The notes beneath the pieces were generated by a model. The model was not told where the DNA came from. It ran no database searches and saw only the letters and a program-made list of their open reading frames with translations. The position numbers and the translations under genes were made by a program. DNA of 64,000 nt from contig OZ024757.1 of the NCBI GenBank assembly GCA_964016885.1, positions 32,488,001 through 32,552,000 on the forward strand, given 5' to 3'. Source of the DNA: Eledone cirrhosa (Eukaryota). This document shows positions 56,183 through 64,000 of this stretch, piece by piece (within the stretch, counting starts at the first letter, position 1; the number at the start of each line of letters is the position of its first letter).

Positions 56183-56922
56183 TCTCTCTCTATAAGTCTT
56201 AGACTTTCTCTTTTTAGATAGATACATACGTATAACGTCGCGCCCTTATAATATCTGTCTGTATGTCTGGCTGTCTGCATTACGTCATTTCCCTGAGGAT
56301 GTTTGTCTGTGTGTGTGTCTGTTAGTTTGAATCCCTAAAACTCGAGAAGTACCCAACCGACTTTATTCAAACTTTACATGTATATTACTTGTGTTTCAGG
56401 GAGTGTTAAGCACATAAAAAAATTCAACTTTTTGATCCCCTTGGGCCCGCATTAGGTGAAAAACTGCGTTTTTTTCAGATTTTTAGGGGTTTTTGAGGCG
56501 TTACCTCAGACCGATTTCCTTGAAATTGAAACTATGTATTAGTCAGTCTCTTCTTCATACTGTGAGCAAAGAAAATCCAACTTTTTTATGGCCTAGGGCC
56601 CGCAGTAAGTGAAAAACTTCACTTTTTTTCAGCTTTTTGGGGCTTTTTTGAGGCGTTACCTTCTAGCCGATTTTCCCGAAATTTCAAGGCATATTAGGCA
56701 CATAAAAATATTGATTTTCTTGATCCCCTAGAGCCCGCATTAGGTGAAAACTGCATTTTTCCTGCTTCATCGAGGAAAATCTTCAAGATTATCCAGCCAT
56801 CAGAGTATTCGGTTTATTTTCTTTACATATTGTCTAGTCATGCAGTTTTTCCACGATTAGGTCTGTTGGCGGCCCGCGTTCCGAAATACCTTATCCCGTG
56901 CAACGCCGGGTACCACTGCAAG
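56183..56922 (+). mobile_element. Non-autonomous Helitron-like element
   Basis: 5' A|TC start, (GTCT)n-like tract, internal ~130-bp duplications, 3' hairpin CCCGTGCAACGCCGGG, then CAAG|T (CTAG-like) terminus. Confidence 0.75.
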
Positions 56923-56954
56923 TATATTATATATATATATATAATATTTTTATG

Positions 56955-57330
56955 ACTCACCTAAAGCAACCGTCTCCAACTGATCCGGCTGGATCCCCAA
57001 GCGTGACCCGCCAAGCAAGCTCATAGATGTTAACCAACCATCTTGCTCGGGATCTACTCCTGGGTCTCCTGACTGTTGGATTCGCCCCTAAAATCTGTCC
57101 AGCGATTCTTTCCTGGGACATTCTAACCACATGCCCATAGTATCGGAGATGTGATCTTTTTTTTCCTCAGTCCTTTCCATGTCAGGTCGTCAGTGCCAAC
57201 ATGTGCATTGAGGTCTCCCATCTTGATATATAACTCAGCCTCAACTACATCTAACGCTGCAGTGACTTCATCAAGGAAGGACCTGTATTCGGACCCCTTG
57301 TTTGGTACATAAACTTGCACCACCCACAGA
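56955..57330 (-). mobile_element. Internally deleted RTE-type LINE relic (endonuclease fragment joined to C-terminus)
   Basis: VQVYVPN...MGDLNAHVG (APE motifs) immediately followed, in another frame, by LRYYGHVVRM...RRPRSRSRARW. Confidence 0.8.
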
Positions 57331-57960
57331 GACTAAACTTCAAGAGGCAAATCCTCCCTACTAATGGGATCTATGGGCTTTGCACTTAGAAAAATCCTCT
57401 CTGGGGCACACGCCTGGGCTAGGTTATTTCGAGGAAAACCAACAATTGCCCATAGATATCAGTCTCCCTTCTCAACACCTCAGATGTTGTCCAAGAGAAA
57501 GGCAATGAACGATACAGCTTGGCGCCAATGACGTCGCAACTCATTTCTACAACTATGGGAACTGGAGCAACGCGAAATAAAGGTGTTTTGCTCAAGGACA
57601 CAGAGCATAAAACATTTTTTAAATCTTATATTAATCGTCAATTCTTAGAAGTTATTTTTAATGAAACCTAGTATTATTAACACTTTGAATAAGTTGTGAT
57701 TTATTGTTATGAATGAAATTTTTGACGGTATTATTGTAGTAAAAATACATTCATAATAATAACATAACTCATGCTGATTCCATTCATGTGTGTCTTATAC
57801 AATCATTTAACACAAAATTCTATGAATGCAGGCGCAGTTTTCATTCATACGTGTAATAATAATTCATAAGTTAAGTCTTCTTATTTTGTATGTAGTAACC
57901 TCGCTGGGTGTGAGAAAGGTCTTATATATATATGTACATACATACACACACACATATATG

Positions 57961-58019
<59 letters not shown>

Positions 58020-58097
58020 ACACACACATATATATATATATATATACATACATACATATATTTACACATATATATGTAAATATATGTATATATATAG

Positions 58098-58147
<50 letters not shown>

Positions 58148-58182
58148 GTCTCTGTGTGTGTATATATTAATTCTGTCTATAA

Positions 58183-58226
<44 letters not shown>

Positions 58227-58229
58227 TTC

Positions 58230-58260
<31 letters not shown>

Positions 58261-58364
58261 ATGCACACACACACATGCACGTCCGTCTGCATGCTACACA
58301 TATACACACATACATACACACATATATGCACATGCACACTCTCACACATACACACACACACACA

Positions 58365-58454
<90 letters not shown>

Positions 58455-58578
58455 TTCCAGCAGGTTGCTGGGTGTAAATCTCAAACGTCTGACAGATCAA
58501 AGGAAATATTATACACTGTATGAACTCTACAGTACCATATTGGTACCTGCATATACATATATAGAGGCATGCATATGC

Positions 58579-58677
<99 letters not shown>

Positions 58678-58703
58678 CATATATATATATATATATATAT
58701 ATT

Positions 58704-58741
<38 letters not shown>

Positions 58742-58763
58742 CATATATATATATATATATATT

Positions 58764-58801
<38 letters not shown>

Positions 58802-58823
58802 CATATATATATATATATATATT

Positions 58824-58859
<36 letters not shown>

Positions 58860-58987
58860 CATATATATATATATATATTTACATATATATATACACATTT
58901 ACACATATATATACACATTTACATATATATATATATATATACATATTTATTTATAAATGTATATATATATATATATATATATATATT

Positions 58988-59032
<45 letters not shown>

Positions 59033-59251
59033 ATATATATATTTACATATTTATTTATAAATGTTTATATATATATACGTATATGTATATGTATACATAT
59101 ATACATGCATATATACATATATGTATGTAAATATATATATATTTGTGTGTGTGTGTGTTTATGTATGTGTATATATATATATATTTGTCTATATATATAA
59201 ATACATAGGTGGTATATGCATATATATATACATACATATACATATATATAC

Positions 59252-59329
<78 letters not shown>

Positions 59330-59594
59330 TAAAACATGTCTATAGAATCACAAGATAAAATATATACTATTTCCTCTCCCAATTAGCATAATTAACTATA
59401 TAAAAAATCGCAAAGTGACCAGTTGCAAAACACGTATATGTATATATATGTATATATATATGTACACTTTTATATATATATATATATATATATATACATG
59501 CATGTATGTATAAAACAGTGAAGCTGGTCGCAAATTCATTGCAACTATTTGATTTGCACCGTCTTTCAGCATCAAGTTTTATCCCTTTACATAC

Positions 59595-59756
59595 ACTACT
59601 GTTAATGCATGACCTTTCATTGGTATTCACAATCAATTCTCCCATTTCCGCCATGTCTATGTTTTGGGAGATTCGTCTGGCCATGCTGGAGCCACTTGGA
59701 ACAATTCTAACCACTTCTTGAAGACGTCTAAATTCCGGCATCTTCCTTTTCAGCAT
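59595..59756 (-). CDS. Candidate first coding exon of an unidentified minus-strand gene
   Basis: MLKRKMPEFRRLQEVVRIVPSGSSMARRISQNIDMAEMGELIVNTNERSCINSS|gtatgt. Phase 0, compatible with 55819-55690. Confidence 0.35.
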
Positions 59757-59839
59757 TTGGTTGATATATTTCGTTTTTAATCTCGGTATTTCATCACGTT
59801 ATATTTAAATGATTCCACATGGCTTGTTCTTGGTTTTAT

Positions 59840-59873
<34 letters not shown>

Positions 59874-60307
59874 GGTGGTGGTGGTGGTGGTGAAGATGGT
59901 GGCGCTGTTGTTGTGTTTGCTGCAGCTGCTGTTGTTGGTGTTGTTGGTGGTGGTTGTGCTGGTTCTGGAGGTGGTGATGATGGTGATTGTGTTGGTGTTG
60001 GTGGTGGTGGTTGTGTTGTTGTTGTTGTTGGTGGTGGTAGTAGTGTTGTTGTTGTTGGTGGTGGTAGTGGTGGTGGTTGCTGTGCCGGTTCTGATGGTGT
60101 TGATGGTGTTGGTGGTGCAAGTTCTGGTGGTGGTGGTGGTGGTGATGGGTGTTTGTGGTGGGGTTGGATCTCCGTTGGCTCCGTCACCGAGCGTTCCAGT
60201 TGTTTGATCAAAGGAACAGCCAGCACATAAAATCATAAAATCAACGTGTAACTGACTGAGCATTCCACAGGCACGTGTAACTTTAACGTTGTTCTCGTAG
60301 AGATTCG

Positions 60308-60600
60308 TGGAGGCGCGTGGCCTAGTGGTAAGTGTTTTGGACTTACGATAATGTCATAATGTCGTGAGTACGATTCTTGGACTGGGTTGTGTGTTGCGTT
60401 CTTCAGCAAAACATTTCATTTCACGTTGCTCCACTATACTGTTGAAAATAAGTATCAACAGTAATAGCTGGGGGCTTAACCTTCCGATGGACTGGCGTCC
60501 TGTACGGGGAAGGGGGTGTCTTGTAATCTCAGTCGCTCCTCGCCACGGAAACAAGGATAAGTACTGGCCTGACAAGCTTCCGGCCACGAGACAGACTTCA
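60308..60600 (+). mobile_element. tRNA-derived CORE-like SINE
   Basis: Box A TGGCCTAGTGG, box B-like GAGTACGATTC, core-like body. Confidence 0.75.
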
Positions 60601-60967
60601 CGAAGATTCGTAGAGACAATGTGTATGATAAGGCTGGCTTTTTGAATTACAGGTAATTTGTTGGGTTATTATTATTATTTTTTTTTTATAGACTAGAAAT
60701 AAAGTATCTTGCTCAAGAACACAACACGCCGCTCTGTCCGGGAATCGAACTTACGATTAACGTGATACATACAAACTGATATCAATCACTCTTGTTCTAG
60801 GTGCAGCATAGCCGAATCGTTAAGGATCCCTTTCGGGATCACTAGGTCCCGTGTTTAATCTCACAGTGCGGCCATCTTGAGCAAATGTCGGTATAGGAGA
60901 CCCTTTGAATACACAGGTGACCCTTTGAATTCCACAGTAAATTGACTTTAGTTTGGTCTAGTAAAGA

Positions 60968-61132
<165 letters not shown>

Positions 61133-61319
61133 TATATATATATACATATACATAAACGTATACATATACGTATAGATCCATATAGGTATATATACATACA
61201 TATATATCTATATAATATATATATATATAGCTATATATGTTTGTATATATATATATGTGTGTGTGTGTGAGTGTGTGTGTATGTATATATATATATAGAT
61301 GTATATGTATACGTTTATG

Positions 61320-61371
<52 letters not shown>

Positions 61372-61645
61372 AACATACGTATACATATGTACAAGCATAT
61401 ATGTTTATATGTGTGTGTATAAGTATGTGTATATATGTATAAATAGCAACACTTGAAAGATATTAATAATGGGCATATCTGACTCGCATTCCGGCTTTGA
61501 CTAAAAATATAGAATTAACAGTTGTATGGTAATTTGGCATTGGACGTCTGGAAGGGAAATATCTGGTAGACTCTCTGATTCTCTGTGTACCTACTTATGT
61601 ATTTATGTATGTATGTATGTATGTATGTATGTATGTATGTATGTA

Positions 61646-61682
<37 letters not shown>

Positions 61683-61938
61683 ATGTATGTATGTATGTGT
61701 GTATGTATGTATGTATGTATGTATGTATGTATGTATGTACGTACTTATGTATGTATGTATGTATGTATGTATGTGTGTATGTATGTGTGTATGTATGTAT
61801 GTATGTATGTATGTATGGGCGTATGATAGGCTGTTTCTATGTACACATTTACATATAGGTGTGTGCATAAGAGTGTGTGTATGTGGAAAATATATATATA
61901 TTTAAGGTGTATATATTTTAGGTATACATATATATATA

Positions 61939-62016
<78 letters not shown>

Positions 62017-62095
62017 AAAGTTCTATTTAAAATTGTTGGGATACAACAAGTAAATATAATATAACTGATATAAAGCACTCGACAAGTTTTTGGAG

Positions 62096-62130
<35 letters not shown>

Positions 62131-62140
62131 ATATGTACTG

Positions 62141-62171
<31 letters not shown>

Positions 62172-62201
62172 GTGTATATATATATATATGTACTGTATAT
62201 G

Positions 62202-62252
<51 letters not shown>

Positions 62253-62295
62253 GTATATATGTATATATGTGTATATGTGTATATGTATATATGTG

Positions 62296-62354
<59 letters not shown>

Positions 62355-62368
62355 GTATATATATATAC

Positions 62369-62439
<71 letters not shown>

Positions 62440-62475
62440 TATATACATATATATATATATGTATATATATGTATG

Positions 62476-62506
<31 letters not shown>

Positions 62507-62516
62507 ATATATATAC

Positions 62517-62577
62517 TGTCCAGAATTAGCTGTCGAAACGGCTTGAGCTCAGCCGTCGGGGTCCTACTCGTTCCTAT
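62517..62577 (+). mobile_element. Penelope-like family A fragment
   Basis: GTCCAGAATTAGCTGTCGAAACGGCTTGAGCTCAGCCGTCGGGG between TA tracts. Confidence 0.65.
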
Positions 62578-62732
62578 ATGTATATATGTATATATATGTA
62601 TGTATATATATATGTGTATATATATATATATATCAAAAACCTCGCAAAACTAATTCATCGCCGTTATATATATATATATGTATATACATATATATATATA
62701 TGTACATATATATATATACATATAATATATAC

Positions 62733-62778
<46 letters not shown>

Positions 62779-62804
62779 ACATATATACATATATATGTAT
62801 ATAC

Positions 62805-62850
<46 letters not shown>

Positions 62851-64000
62851 GTGTATATATATATATATGCATACCATTGTATGTGTGTATATATGTGTGT
62901 GTATAGGTAAGTATAAATATGTATATATATATTCCTGTCTTCATCTCTCCCACCCTACACTCCACTCTTTCTCTCTCTCTCTCTATCTATCTATCTCTCT
63001 GTCTCTCTGTCTCTCTGTCCTCTCCATTTCTCTCTCCTTTCCTTCTCTCTTTCTCTTTCTTTCTTTCTCTCTTTCTCTCTCCGTTCTCCCCCCTCTCTCT
63101 CTCTTCCGCTCTCTCTCTCTCCCTCACTCTCTTTCTTTGTCTCTCACTGTTACCCATCTCTCTCCCCCTCTCTCTATCTGTTCTCCATACCCCCTCTCTC
63201 TCCTTTCTCTCACTAATGATTCATATCAAGTACAAACATATGACTATATGATGTCTGCCTAAGTAATGGAGGTGTTGGGTGTGTGTGTGTGTGTGTGTGT
63301 AAATATGTGTGTGCAAATGTGTGTGTGTGTGTGTAAATATGTGTGTGTAAATGTGTGTGTGTGTAAATATGTGTGTGTGAATATGAGTGCGTGTGTAAAT
63401 GTGTGGGTGGGTGTAAATATGTGTTTTATGAGTGTGTTTGTTTGTATGTATGTGTCTGTGTTTGTGTGTTTTATGACTGTGTGTGTGTGTATGTAAATAT
63501 GTGTATATGTGTGTTTGTATATGAGTATGTGTGTGTAAATATGTGTGTTTGTAAGTGAGTGTGTGTTTCTATGTGAGTGTGTGTTTCTATGTGAGTGTGT
63601 GTGTGTATCGGTGTCTGAGTGTGGTATATATTATGAGGGTGGTAGTGGTGGTGGTGGTGGTGGTGGTGGTGGTGATGGTTGGGTGTGGGTCATTTAAGAA
63701 CAAACTGATGTCTACCATGAATCAAGACTGAATAACCACAACCTTTACATCTCACCACAAACACGTGAACCCACTCCACCACCGCCAGCACTACCACAGA
63801 CACCACCACCAACACTGACCGCCCCACCACAGACACCACTACCACCAACACCACTGTTGACATCACTACTACAGACACGACTACCACCAACACCACCACT
63901 GACCGCCCCACCACAGACACCACTACCACCAATACCACTGTTGACATCACTACTACATCACGACTACCACCAACACCACCACTGACCTCACTACCACAGA

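Overview
Eukaryotic, repeat-saturated DNA. The (TA)n/(TATG)n/(CAT)n/(ACC)n microsatellites and the tRNA-derived SINE families resemble a coleoid cephalopod such as Octopus (inference). Nearly all long ORFs in the track are microsatellite artefacts. Well-supported content: (1) the 5' part of a Tx1/L1-type LINE on the minus strand, with intact ORF1 (CCHC knuckle) and the start of an APE endonuclease ORF2. It abuts a (GATA)n tract that also holds 3' ends of related copies. (2) Two RTE-type LINE relics, one lacking the RT domain. (3) Many short TA-flanked snap-back palindromes from several Penelope-like terminal repeat families, some with recognisable hammerhead ribozyme cores. (4) Non-autonomous DNA transposons with TIRs and TSDs, two of them inflated by internal minisatellites (31 bp and 41 bp units). 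(5) Helitron-like non-autonomous elements. (6) Two SINE families in many copies, including tandem stacks and a SINE-derived satellite. (7) A ~0.65 kb inverted duplication enclosing ~2.5 kb. A few unique islands look like exons of unidentified host genes. No host gene could be named, and there is no CRISPR array, rRNA or genuine tRNA.
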